Assembly (NCBI GenBank): GCA_002269645.1
Contig: NIVC01001155.1
Location: forward strand, 1-64,000
Length of the DNA: 64,000 bases
Direction of reading: 5' to 3'
From: Macrostomum lignano
Taxonomy: Eukaryota
A program made the translations under genes and the position numbers. The notes under the pieces are model-generated. The model saw nothing but the letters and a program-made list of their open reading frames with translations. It made no database searches and was not told the origin of the DNA. Below, piece after piece: positions 1 through 12,719 of the stretch; within the stretch, counting starts at the first letter, position 1; the number at the start of each line of letters is the position of its first letter.

Positions 1-1590
1 GAAGTGAGTTCATTTCCGAAGACATGTTTTTTATCGTACTGTCCAAAAGTCTAGCACGTTGCTGGAACCACTCGCGTGTGTTAAACAATTGATTCGCATT
101 GAAATGAAACAGAATTTGAGACATACAGGTGCTCCTACGATCAGGTCGCATGTACTTTAGTGAATGCCCATATGGGCGAAGTTGTGCCCAAGCTCTCTCT
201 GTGTTCTCGCCATCACACAAGCCCGCTCCAGGAGTGACACGCACAGAGAACCTTCTTTGGCAGCTTGGTTTGTGGCCAAGTGCGTGGAATGCATTGATTG
301 GCACATGAAGAGGCCTGTACGTTAGCACCAGATTTAGTAACTGCGGATTGTACGCGAGCTGAAACGCGGCAGCCTGCAGTGAGATGTGAGAAAAATGTAT
401 GTACTTTATTTTGATACCCGCTAAATTATACGGACATAGTATGCAAAAGATGCACTTACCAACGTCATAGATAAGAAGCAATTTCTTCGATACAGACGTG
501 TCTCTTAGAAAATGCTCAAGGCACTGTTCTATGTAGCAGAACCGCTCTCCTGTCGTAGTAATGTTACAACATTCAATAGACCGATTGTGCCGGCAAAAAA
601 GTCCAAAAAAGCCATACACATCATGTCTACCAGCACCTCGGGATGGTGGCTCGAGCGCCCAGCTTTCCAACTTGGACAGTTTTGTTCTTCTAAGCGATTT
701 TTTGGCGCGTCTGCTTTGACATCTACATTCACTAATGGAACAGGAAGGGACGACCATCTGACGGAGTTAGAGCTTGCCTGAATCCCATTGAAGAAAATCT
801 TTGCCAGCCGAAAAGCGCACACAAAAACAGTCTGGCGATCATTATGCTGATCGGACACAAGAGACACGACTTGGGCCATTTTGCTGAGCGGATCTGTAAT
901 TGTCTAAATTTTAGCAGAACACAGTGGCGTTGCAGACGTTGATACAAACTTGATGCTAATTTATCTCTGCAGATTCCTTGGCCAACAGTAGCACCTAAAA
1001 ACAGGGCTTTGATTGCCCTGTGAGCCGGTAGTCGACCTACAGTAGTCAAATTGTCGAGAAGTGTTAATAAACTTATGGCGAAATAGGCTGTGCAGTCTGT
1101 GGCGGTTGCGGTGCATCATAAGACGGGAAGTAACCCATTGAGAGAAGCGCATCCACTTTGTCACATGAACTACACGTAAACATCTGAGCTTGAACGATTC
1201 CCGACAAATCGATTAGCTCAACAGTTGATGCAGCCGACAATTCGCGAGCCTCTCTGCTTGCCACACAACAGAAAAGTGCAGCAACCATGGGCACTGCACT
1301 GGATCTGCAAACATAAGCGTCTCAGAATTCCACTGTTCAAATTTGTGTGGTGCAAAATCACCATGTGTGATTTCTTTACAGTCTTCACAGAAATCCAGCC
1401 TACAAGTGACACACCGATAAATTCCAGGCGCATCACTGCAACGAATGCATGAACCCAAGTTGAAATAATTTTCATACGCATTGCTGTGAAGATCCGAAAA
1501 CATGGAATGATCCTCCCACTCAGTTTTTCAGGCGGATTTGAAGGTTCAGTAGAATTTTCAGGCGGCATTTCGGCTGCATTATCAGGCATT
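1..1590 (-). mobile_element. Degenerate KDZ (Kyakuja-Dileera-Zisupton) transposase with N-terminal CxC-type Cys cluster; one spliceosomal intron (374-459); runs off left edge
   Basis: Manual minus-strand translation across frameshifts gives, in order: CIRC..YRCVTC..FCEDC...H....H..EQW (1213-1503), CSSC...LLSMGYFPS (1073-1294), FAISLLTLLDNL, CLLCP..TVFVCAFRL, NCPSWKA, HDVYGFFGLFCRH..TGERFCY (CRH at 587-595), LIYDV|GC joined by a GTAAG..CTGCAG intron, FHALGHKPSCQ (starts 289), GAGLCDGENTER-W and SLKYMRPDRR. This is the KDZ motif order. At least 5 frameshifts. Confidence 0.85.
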
Positions 1591-4460
1591 TCAGGAAAAA
1601 AATAATTCCCTACCGACTGATCCTGATGAGAACCATAAGCAGAGCTTGAGCTAGGACGACGGGTGGCACCAAAACCAGAAGATTTCTGGAGCTTTCTGGA
1701 CGTCCTCGACGGCTTGTCCGCAATACAGCTTCGACATCACTATCAGAATCTGTATTAGAAAACAATGTTCTGCGGCGAGACATGACCTGAAATGTTTTAA
1801 TGCAAATTGTAATTCAAGAGTATGTATGTATGTATGTATGACTTCAATATTATACTATTAGACGTATTTATTCATACAGATTCATACATATCTGAACACA
1901 CATTTGTCCAAAAATGACACTTTGGATTTGTATGATATAATGAATAAACACTGATGTAAATCATTGTTATAAATTACTTTTGTACCTACCAAAACCAATA
2001 CGTAGTAACTTTAAGCTTATTATGTATGCATTACTATTCTGATATATTTGTCTACTTTATAGCATATAAAAATGTGTGAGTGCAATGTATGTGAAAAAAG
2101 ATTCAGTATTAATTATTTATTTTTATATATTTATATTTTATCTATTCTTTAATCCTTTTCTTACCTTTCCTTTCTCTTATTGCCTATTCATTCTTCTTTC
2201 TACTCTTATCTGCCCCTCAGCCTTTATCTGGCTCTCTCTCATATACTCTCCCAGTTGTGCTCTTAAGGGACATAGTACTCTCATAGTTGTTTCATTCTAT
2301 GGCCTACTTGTTGACTGCTTTGATTGCATCATCTTTCTAGCCAATTTTTCAGTCTTGAGAAAAACTACATGTATACATTTTTAGCTCCACAGTGCCACAT
2401 ATCTGATATTGTGGCTAACCTAGGGCTGATGCTTTAAAGTTTGTTTAATTAGTAACTAATCATATATATAAACCTTTGCCTAAGAAAATAATACAAGTCA
2501 ATGAAATAGTCTTTTTAAAAATGAATGATTATTTAAAAGGACCCTAAACTAACAAGAATACAATCCACTTTGGTAACAGCCACTTCGGTAAAGCAGATTT
2601 ATGACTTTTAGCACTTTTTCTTTATGTTAATTTTTTAGTAACTATTAATTAAATTAATCATTAACTTGTTTAGTACTTTATTGCTGATTACCATTCAATT
2701 TTTTCTGATTAGGATATATTATACATGTAATTTGTTTCAACTTGAACAGATAGAATATATAACAGCGGAGACTTAGAGAGATCAATGAAAGTAATTAATG
2801 ACAAATAAATTAAAGTAAATACTGAAATTTCACATTTCTAACTCAAAGTAATTCTAATTACACAATACTTTGGTAATTACAAGTTTTATAGGTTGTATCA
2901 TAACATATCTTGAGTATCAAGCGCACCTGGAAATTTAAATAGATTGATCAAAACACATTAAAACAATTTTATCATTGTTGGCTAAATCATTGTCTAGGCC
3001 TAAAACATTATTTTTGTCTCAAAAACTATTTGAAATTATTTTTTAGAGCACATTAAGATACATATTGTTATATCTCCTCCCTTGTTACCAAAATGGACTG
3101 TTACCACTAACAATACATTAAATACAAGTGCTAAAAATCCTAGGAGCTAAAGTGGCTAAAATAAAGGAGAAAGTCTCAAAAATCTTCCAAATAAAGCCAG
3201 GAGATAAAGGAGATAAAGGAAGGTGTAGGCACCCTGCATTTATCCACTTATTCTATTGAATCAAATATACTAAATATCTATACTAGGCCTATACTATTTT
3301 TGTATAGCATGTTCTCTAAGGGCTGCAGGGCAAAGCATTCAAAAAGGACAAAAAGTGAAAAAAATTAATCATGAATATCATGGAAGAATATAGATATAGC
3401 CTATAGACTATAGTGTATAGCCTTGCAAGGCTTGCAATTGCAATTTAGCCTTGCAATTTTAACCATAAGCTTATAGTTAAAATTGCCTTGGTTGACTTGC
3501 AATAGTTTTGGGCCACTTATTCATCTTGTTAATATTAGTGATAAGTCTTGGCCAGGGGGTGCATGACCAAGATGGCCACACACCAAGATGGCCACAGTTT
3601 ATTAAAATGTCTAAATAGATAATATGATGCTCATTTCCTTATTATAATTGGTCACAATTGGTCTTAAGGTATGTCTGTGAGAGCTGTGTCTTATTTGCCC
3701 TATAACTATAAGCCAAGTTTTAACATGAAGATTAAATAAAGATCAAGATCCACTATTTGCAAACTCAATATTTTAAGTTAAAAAGGCAATAAATATATGC
3801 TCGAACAATTTAAACCCACCTGCAACTTGGCTAGATACTAAATTTTCCAAAAGGGCTTTCCAGACATGAGTCCAAAAATTGAAGTAAGCAGAAGCAAGTA
3901 ACTGTATAATTATCACGAAACTAAAAATGAAGTGTCTGTATGTATGCAAGTATATCTAATAGTAAGTAAGTAAGCTTGGCTCAGGCAAGAAGCCTGTTTG
4001 GCCAGTATATGTCAGTGTATTTATTATTAATAATAATTCAATAGATAAACTAGATATGAGCGGCTAATTCGGCAATAATATAGTATTTGAAAGAGTGTTA
4101 ATATTTTTTTCTACGAAACTTCAAACGATCTTTAACGATAAACCCGCCGCGGAAGCCATGCAAATTTCGCGACAGAATCCCCAAATCAGCATTTGAAGTT
4201 GCTTACTATCATTTTAAAGCTATCGCTGCTGTAGTAAGTACTTTAGTCACTTTTTGATGTATTAATTTCCTTGCCAATGAATGGGCTCAAGAGTATACTA
4301 ATAGTAGACTTGTTTTATAAACGATTAGAACATTTGTCCAAAAACGACACTTTTGATATTTTAATCCCAAATGGATAAAAATGAAAATCATTGCTACGAA
4401 AACTATGATTAATGTGCATGAAAATACAAAATAGAATAAAAAAATACTATGAGATATCTC

Positions 4461-7400
4461 AAATCGGCGCTGGAAAGCTCAAATTGGCGCGGAAAGCTCA
4501 AATTGGCGCCGAAAGTCAAATTTGGCGCCAGGATCACCAAATCGGCGCCAGTATCGCCAAATCAGCGCCGGAATGCTGAAATCAGCGCTAAAAAGCCCGG
4601 ACCAGCGATGGAAAGCTCAAATCGGCGCTGGAAAGCTCAAATTGGCGCGGAAAGCTCAAATTGGCGCCAAAAGTCAAATTTGGCGCCAGGATCACCAAAT
4701 CGGCGCCAGTATCGCCAAATCAGCGCTGGAATGCTGAAATCAGCGCTAAAAAGCCCGGACCAGCGCTGGAAAGCTCAAATCGGCGCTGGAAAGCTCAAAT
4801 TGGCGCGGGAAAGCTCAAATTGGCGCCGAAAGTCAAATTTGGCGCCAGGATCACCAAATTTGGCGCCAGTATCGCCAAATCAGCGCCGGAATGCTGAAAA
4901 CAGCGCTAAAAAGCCCGGACCAGCGCTGGAAAGCTCAAATTGGCGCGGAAAGCTTAAATTGGCGCCGAAAGCCAAATTTGGCGCCAGGATCACCAAATCG
5001 GCGCCAGTATCGCCAAATCAGCGCCGGAATGCTGAAAACAGCGCTAAAAAGCCCGGACCAGCGCTGGAAAGCTCAAATTGGCGCGGAAAGCTTAAATTGG
5101 CGCCGAAAGCCAAATTTGGCGCCAGGATCACCAAATCGGCGCCAGTATCGCCAAATCAGCGCCGGAATGCTGAAAACAGCGCTAAAAAGCCCGGACCAGC
5201 GCTGGAAAGCTCAAATCGGCGCTGGAAAGCTCAAATTGGCGCGGAAAGCTCAAATTGGCGCCGAAAGTCAAATTTGGCGCCAGGATCACCAAATCGGCGC
5301 CAGGATCCCTTAATCAGCGCTGGAATGCTGAAATCAGCGCTAAAAAGCCCGGACCAGCGCTGGAAAGCTCAAATCGGCGCTGGAAAGCTCAAATTGGCGC
5401 GGAAAGCTCAAATTGGCGCGAAAGTCAAATTTGGCGCCAGGATCACCAAATCGGCGCCAGTATCGCCAAATCAGCGCCGGAATGCTGAAAACAGCGCTAA
5501 AAAGCCCGGACCAGCGATGGAAAGCTCAAATCGGCGCTGGAAAGCTCAAATTGGCGCGGAAAGCTCAAATTGGCGCCAAAAGTCAAATTTGGCGCCAGGA
5601 TCACCAAATCGGCGCCAGTATCGCCAAATCAGCGCGGAATGCTGAAAACAGCGCTAAAAAGCCCGGACCAGCGCTGGAAAGCTCAAATTGGCGCGGAAAG
5701 CTTAAATTGGCGCCGAAAGCCAAATTTGGCGCCAGGATCACCAAATCGGCGCCAGTATCGCCAAATCAGCGCCGGAATGCTGAAAACAGCGCTAAAAAGC
5801 CCGGACCAGCGCTGGAAAGCTCAAATTGGCGCGGGAAAGCTCAAATTGGCGCCGAAAGTCAAATTTGGCGCCAGGATCACCAAATTTGGCGCCAGTATCG
5901 CCAAATCAGCGCCGGAATGCTGAAAACAGCGCTAAAAAGCCCGGACCAGCGCTGGAAAGCTCAAATTGGCGCGGAAAGCTTAAATTGGCGCCGAAAGCCA
6001 AATTTGGCGCCAGGATCACCAAATCGGCGCCAGTATCGCCAAATCAGCGCCGGAATGCTGAAAACAGCGCTAAAAAGCCCGGACCAGCGCTGGAAAGCTC
6101 AAATTGGCGCGGAAAGCTTAAATTGGCGCCGAAAGCCAAATTTGGCGCCAGGATCACCAAATCGGCGCCAGTATCGCCAAATCAGCGCCGGAATGCTGAA
6201 AACAGCGCTAAAAAGCCCGGACCAGCGCTGGAAAGCTCAAATTGGCGCGGAAAGCTTAAATTGGCGCCGAAAGCCAAATTTGGCGCCAGGATCACCAAAT
6301 CGGCGCCAGTATCGCCAAATCAGCGCCGGAATGCTGAAAACAGCGCTAAAAAGCCCGGACCAGCGCTGGAAAGCTCAAATTGGCGCGGAAAGCTTAAATT
6401 GGCGCCGAAAGCCAAATTTGGCGCCAGGATCACCAAATCGGCGCCAGTATCGCCAAATCAGCGCCGGAATGCTGAAAACAGCGCTAAAAAGCCCGGACCA
6501 GCGCTGGAAAGCTCAAATCGGCGCTGGAAAGCTCAAATTGGCGCGGAAAGCTCAAATTGGCGCCGAAAGTCAAATTTGGCGCCAGGATCACCAAATCGGC
6601 GCCAGTATCGCCAAATCAGCGCCGGAATGCTGAAATCAGCGCTAAAAAGCCCGGACCAGCGCTGGAAAGCTCAAATCGGCGCTGGAAAGCTCAAATTGGC
6701 GCGGAAAGCTCAAATTGGCGCCGAAAGTCAAATTTGGCGCCAGGATCACCAAATCGGCGCCAGTATCGCCAAATCAGCGCTGGAATGCTGAAAACAGCGC
6801 TAAAAAGCCCGGACCAGCGCTGGAAAGCTCAAATTGGCGCGGAAAGCTTAAATTGGCGCCGAAAGCCAAATTTGGCGCCAGGATCACCAAATCGGCGCCA
6901 GTATCGCCAAATCAGCGCCGGAATGCTGAAAACAGCGCTAAAAAGCCCGGACCAGCGCTGGAAAGCTTAAATTGGCGCGGAAAGCTTAAATTGGCGCCGA
7001 AAGCCAAATTTGGCGCCAGGATCACCAAATCGGCGCCAGTATCGCCAAATCAGCGCCGGAATGCTGAAAACAGCACTAAAAAGCCCGGACCAGCGCTGGA
7101 AAGCTCAAATCGGCGCTGGAAAGCTCAAATTGGCGCGGAAAGCTCAAATTGGCGCCGAAAGCCAAATTTGGCGCCAGGATCACCAAATCGGCGCCAGGAT
7201 CCCTTAATCAGCGCTGGAATGCTGAAATCAGCGCTAAAAAGCCCGGACCAGCGCTGGAAAGCTCAAATCGGCGCTGGAAAGCTCAAATTGGCGCGGAAAG
7301 CTCAAATTGGCGCCGAAAGTCAAATTTGGCGCCAGGATCACCAAATCGGCGCCAGTATCGCCAAATCAGCGCTGGAATGCTGAAATCAGCGCTAAAAAGC

Positions 7401-9675
7401 CCGGACCAGCGCTGGAAAGCTCAATCGGCGCTGGAAAGCTCAAATTGGCGCGGGAAAGCTCAAATTGGCGCCGAAAGTCAAATTTGGCGCCAGGATCACC
7501 AAATTTGGCGCCAGTATCGCCAAATCAGCGCCGGAATGCTGAAAACAGCGCTAAAAAGCCCGGACCAGCGCTGGAAAGCTCAAATTGGCGCGGAAAGCTT
7601 AAATTGGCGCCAAAAGCCAAATTTGGCGCCAGGATCACCAAATCGGCGCCAGTATCGCCAAATCAGCGCCGGAATGCTGAAAACAGCGCTAAAAAGCCCG
7701 GACCAGCGCTGGAAAGCTCAAATTGGCGCGGAAAGCTTAAATTGGCGCCGAAAGCCAAATTTGGCGCCAGGATCACTAAATCGGCGCCAGTATCGCCAAA
7801 TCAGCGCCGGAATGCTGAAAACAGCGCTAAAAAGCCCGGACCAGCGATGGAAAGCTCAAATCGGCGCTGGAAAGCTCAAATTGGCGCGGAAAGCTCAAAT
7901 TGGCGCCAAAAGTCAAATTTGGCGCCAGGATCACCAAATCGGCGCCAGTATCGCCAAATCAGCGCTGGAATGCTGAAATCAGCGCTAAAAAGCCCGGACC
8001 AGCGCTGGAAAGCTCAAATCGGCGCTGGAAAGCTCAAATTGGCGCGGGAAAGCTCAAATTGGCGCTGAAAGTCAAATTTGGCGCCAGGATCACCAAATCA
8101 GCGCCGGAATGCTGAAAACAGCGCCAAAAAGCCCGGACCAGCGCTGGAAAGCTCAAATCGGCGCTGGAAAGCTCAAATTGGCGCGGAAAGCTCAAATTGG
8201 CGCCGAAAGTCAAATTTGGCGCCAGGATCACCAAATCGGCGCCAGGATCCCTTAATCAGCGCTGGAATGCTGAAATCAGCGCTAAAAAGCCCGGACCAGC
8301 GCTGGAAAGCTCAAATCGGCGCTGGAAAGCTCAAATTGGCGCGGAAAGCTCAAATTGGCGCCGAAAGTCAAATTTGGCGCCAGGATCACCAAATCGGCGC
8401 CAGTATCGCCAAATCAGCGCCGGAATGCTGAAATCAGCGCTAAAAAGCCCGGACCAGCGCTGGAAAGCTCAAATCGGCGCTGGAAAGCTCAAATTGGCGC
8501 GGAAAGCTCAAATTGGCGCCGAAAGTCAAATTTGGCGCCAGGATCACCAAATCGGCGCCAGTATCGCCAAATCAGCGCCGGAATGCTGAAAACAGCGCTA
8601 AAAAGCCCGGACCAGCGCTGGAAAGCTCAAATCGGCGCTGGAAAGCTCAAATTGGCGCGGGAAAGCTCAAATTGGCGCCGAAAGTCAAATTTGGCGCCAG
8701 GATCACCAAATTTGGCGCCAGTATCGCCAAATCAGCGCCGGAATGCTGAAAACAGCGCTAAAAAGCCCGGACCAGCGCTGGAAAGCTCAAATCGGCGCTG
8801 GAAAGCTCAAATTGGCGCGGAAAGCTCAAATTGGCGCGGAACGTCAAATTTGGCGCCAGGATCACCAAATCGGCGCCAGGATCCCTTAATCAGCGCTGGA
8901 ATGCTGAAATCAGCGCTAAAAAGCCCGGACCAGCGCTGGAAAGCTCAAATCGGCGCTGGAAAGCTCAAATTGGCGCGGGAAAGCTCAAATTGGCGCCGAA
9001 AGTCAAATTTGGCGCCAGGATCACCAAATCGGCGCCAGTATCGCCAAATCAGCGCCGGAATGCTGAAAACAGCGCCAAAAAGCCCGGACCAGCGCTGGAA
9101 AGCTCAAATCGGCGCTGGAAAGCTCAAATTGGCGCGGGAAAGCTCAAATTGGCGCCGAAAGTCAAATTTGGCGCCAGTATCGCCAAATCAGCGCCGGAAT
9201 GCTGAAAACAGCGCTAAAAAGCCCGGACCAGCGCTGGAAAGCTCAAATCGGCGCTGGAAAGCTCAAATTGGCGCGGAAAGCTCAAATTGGCGCCGAAAGT
9301 CAAATTTGGCGCCAGGATCACCAAATCGGCGCCAGGATCCCTTAATCAGCGCTGGAATGCTGAAATCAGCGCTAAAAAGCCCGGACCAGCGCTGGAAAGC
9401 TCAAATCGGCGCTGGAAAGCTCAAATTGGCGCGGAAAGCTCAAATTGGCGCCGAAAGTCAAATTTGGCGCTAGGATCACCAAATCGGCGCCAGTATCGCC
9501 AAATCAGCGCCGGAATGCTGAAAACAGCGCTAAAAAGCCCGGACCAGCGCTGGAAAGCTCAAATCGGCGCTGGAAAGCTCAAATTGGCGCGGAAAGCTCA
9601 AATTGGCGCCGAAAGTCAAATTTGGCGCCAGGATCACCAAATCGGCGCCAGGATCCCTTAATCAGCGCTGGAATG
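4461..9675. repeat. 5.2-kb higher-order tandem satellite; 138-bp and 158-bp units built of 7-8 diverged ~20-bp GCGC-core subunits
   Basis: GGAATGCTGAAAACAGCG recurs at 4888 and 5026 (138 bp). The variant with an extra AAATCGGCGCTGGAAAGCTC gives 158 bp (e.g. 6557 to 6715). Roughly 35 units. Confidence 0.97.
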
Positions 9676-10504
9676 TGCCAACGGGCGTAGAAGTGGCAGC
9701 ATATATCAGCTTGCTACTTTTGGGCGCCAATTTTAATTTACCGGCGCCAATTTTAGCCTTTCGGCGCCCATTTTAGCGCCCTGGCAAGGTCATTGCATTT
9801 AGTTCTCACGCAATGGAGCCGAAAAAAGAGTTTTTTTTCTTTTTTGAATTAGTGCCATGTATCTTGACAACCAATGCGAGTCAAGTTCTGGCGTCTGCTT
9901 CTCCACAGCCCCGTAATGGCATATCCTAATAATTGTGGGCTGGCCCGCGCTAAGGGAGCCCACCCCACCGTGGGGCGGACCCCGCTAACGGGCTATTTTT
10001 AGCGTGGGATGGGCTCCGCTAACGGGCGGCCATAAACTGGGCTTGGGGTGGGACTGCACGTCCTGGGGAGAGTGGGGAAAGGAGGCCTGTACGCTTCTGG
10101 CTGTACGAAGCTCCGTGGGAGAGGGAAGGCGGAGCGCCTTTAAATGACTAAGACCAATTCAGATCTATTTTTGGAACAATTACAACCGCTGGGGCCAAGA
10201 CCGGAGTCTAAAATTGGCAGGCGGAGGAAACCAACGAGCGCAAGTTCTCCTTCGTTTATTTTTCTCTCTCTCTTTTATAGTATTACAGGCAAAAATGGCG
10301 TACGTATTAAAACTAATTAAAGATACAGAATTAGGCTAAAAGCTACTATTGATGCTATTTTACTACTTAACAATACTAAAAACATATATTTATTAGGCAC
10401 AGAATTCTTCAATCGAATATAAAAAATAGTCGTATTTATAAGGCAATGTATAAGTATAGTAGGCAAGGAATAATGGCTCTTACACACAGAAAACAATCTT
10501 TTAA

Positions 10505-10800
10505 ATATACGAGCGTACTAAATCTCTAAGGTTTGTACGCTTGCTTGCTTGCTTGCCTATAGCGATCTAGAGCTCGCTTTCCTTGACAGATTGTCTTCAA
10601 ACTTGCACACCATTCGATCAGAAATTTTCCCGTGACGGTACAAGTGTCTTGGCTAAGAAATTGCGAAATTAATCGATGCTAAAAGGATTAAATATTCGAA
10701 AGGCATGCTTTTTTGTAAAGGTCAAGCTCTGACTTTTCGATTTGAAATGCATTGTAAGAATTTGTCACGTATTGGTGTGGTGGCTGCAACCCTCAAAAGG
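10505..10800 (+). mobile_element. Putative Helentron-associated interspersed element (HINE/DINE-1-like) 5' core; related copies at ~21930-22145 and ~11757-11795
   Basis: Short IR GAGCGTAC..GTACGCTT, then a (GCTT)n microsatellite, then TCTTCAAACTTGCAC..CGATCAGAAATTTTCC.GTGACGGTACA, which is shared with 22020-22140 (there preceded by GGCTCAACCGATTTT). This layout resembles DINE-1/HINE elements. Confidence 0.45.
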
Positions 10801-11984
10801 GCCGTTTTGACGAAAATTTTTGACGTTATTAGTTGCAGGTTCCCAAAGGATGGTGAACTCAACAATGGCGGAGTAGATTTTGTAGCGGTAGCACTTGGCA
10901 AATCAGCGGCAAGATAAGTAAGGGCCGCAGCTTGTTTATTGCAATTGTCAATATAAGTTACTACAGAGGCTATAGCACGCGGGGGCACTGGCGGCTGCAA
11001 CAATGGGTTTGAATTGAATAGGTTGAGTAGGATGATGAGCAGTTTGATGAAGGTGACGCAAATAGTAGAGCGATGGCGATGAGTATGCAGTGGTGGCAGT
11101 CTTCGGCGGCAAACTGGCAGACAGGAAAGTAGCGTGATTGGGCGCTAGCCCGTGGCAGTACAAGGTGGAGCACGAATGCGTAAACAAGTCTGGCCCAGAC
11201 GGGGTGGGGCCGTGGCGAGAGAGAGAAGAGGCAGCCAGAAGGAGAAGGAGTGGGAGGAGAAAGGAGAAAGCCAAAACCCCCAGCCTGCCACCAGGCGGGG
11301 TTAATAAAGGAGCGCAGGAGGGTTAGCATAATATATGCGGAGAGTTCTCATTGGCTGGCGGGGAAAAAGCGAGAACTGAAATTATTGATCGGGCGAGACC
11401 CTACAGACGTACGCAGAGCTTACAAAGTACGCAATGATTAGCAATTGATACAGATTCGTTGGGCGCTACTACAAGTAAACGTGAGAATACACGATTGGAG
11501 AAAATTAAATGAGAAATTGTAGTGAAATTGTAGTCCAACGGCCCTTTTGCGGGACCACTTTAAACTGACAACGTCACAGAATGCTAGACGTGAGTGTTCC
11601 TGTAACCTGTTATTAATTTTAATAAATCCAATTTAAGTTAAATCTAAATCCACCTAACTGCTGTAGAGATTGAACCGATTAACCAATTCTGCTTGCGTTT
11701 TCGCCAAAAGATTCGGAATTGTCTGGAAAGAAGACAGTTCAAATTTCTTTATTCTGCTTCAATGCTAAAGGTATTAAATATTCGAAAAACAAGTTTCTCG
11801 AATACTATCAATGGGAGGCTAGAAAAGGTAAAAATCTCGACTGACTGAATTGAAATTTCAATTAAATTGCGCCACAACATTTCTCTCCCCACTGTGTAGG
11901 CCTGAATACTGTCTGCAGACTGCAGTGTGCAGTGTCTTTAAGAAATCCTTCGGGGTGCTTCAGGTGCTAAGTCAAGTAAGTCAA

Positions 11985-12510
11985 GTCCTCAACTGTCGAG
12001 GGCACCCAGCGACAACTGGACAAGCCAGTTGCTGTTGCGGCGAGTGTCGGCCTGGTGGTCAACACGCAGAAGACCGTCGTGCTCTGCGTGCCGGACGACA
12101 TCGAGGCTGCAATTTTGTGCCGAGGCGCTGATGGAGAGGCGACAGAGCTTCCGCGTTGTCAGCAGTTTGTCTACCTCGGCGGTCTGGTTCCCGGTGTCCG
12201 CGAGGATTTGCGGCGTCGCCGCGGGCTTGCCTGGGCTGCCTTTCGTTCTGTGAGGGCAGTCCTGCAGTCCGAGGCCTTACCTGACCGCCAGAGGGCGGCG
12301 TTGTTCCAGGCGGTGATCGAGACCGTCCTGCTGTACAACACCGAGACCTGGACGCTGACGGAGTCGCTCGAGCAACAAGTTGACGCGGCGCACGCTGGCC
12401 TGCTGCGTGCCGCGTTCAAGGTCAGCTACGAGCGAGTGCCCAACGCGGCTTTGTATCGCCGCGCCGGCCTGGTCCGTCCAAGCGACCTGTTGCGCCGTCG
12501 GCGACTTTTT
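11985..12510 (+). mobile_element. Internal/3' fragment of RTE-like non-LTR retrotransposon (C-terminal post-RT region), truncated at both ends
   Basis: ORF 12055-12513 aligns with the C-terminus of ORF 26875-28440 (QFVYLGGLVP, RRG.AWAAFRSVRAVL, LFQAV.ET.LLYN.ETWTLT, DAAHA.L.RAAF). Upstream STVEGTQRQLD matches SSTAEGSQRLLD. Confidence 0.9.
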
Positions 12511-12719
12511 TAATTAACAAAGCACACTTAATGAATCATTTTTGCTTTTCGGCGTCGCAAGTCGCCAAGCAAATTTGATTTTGTAAAAAACTGCTTGGAG
12601 TATTACTGATACCAAAATATGTATCGAAAATTGATTAGAGAGCCTTACTAAATGCTAGAAAAATTTTACATTGTTGAAAGGAGGATCATTGCAGTTTGTT
12701 GAGGATACTGAGGAGCCGG

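Noticed and set aside
4449-9690. Many 70-406 aa ORFs (MLKTALKSPDQRWK.., APKVKFGARITK..)
   Set aside because: These are translations of the 138/158-bp satellite. All three plus frames cycle through the same peptides, and there is no start context or splice support.
3326-9783. Single hAT element from CAGGGC (3326) to GCCCTG (9783) enclosing the satellite
   Set aside because: Only 6 bp of TIR match and no TSD; kept only as a hypothesis.
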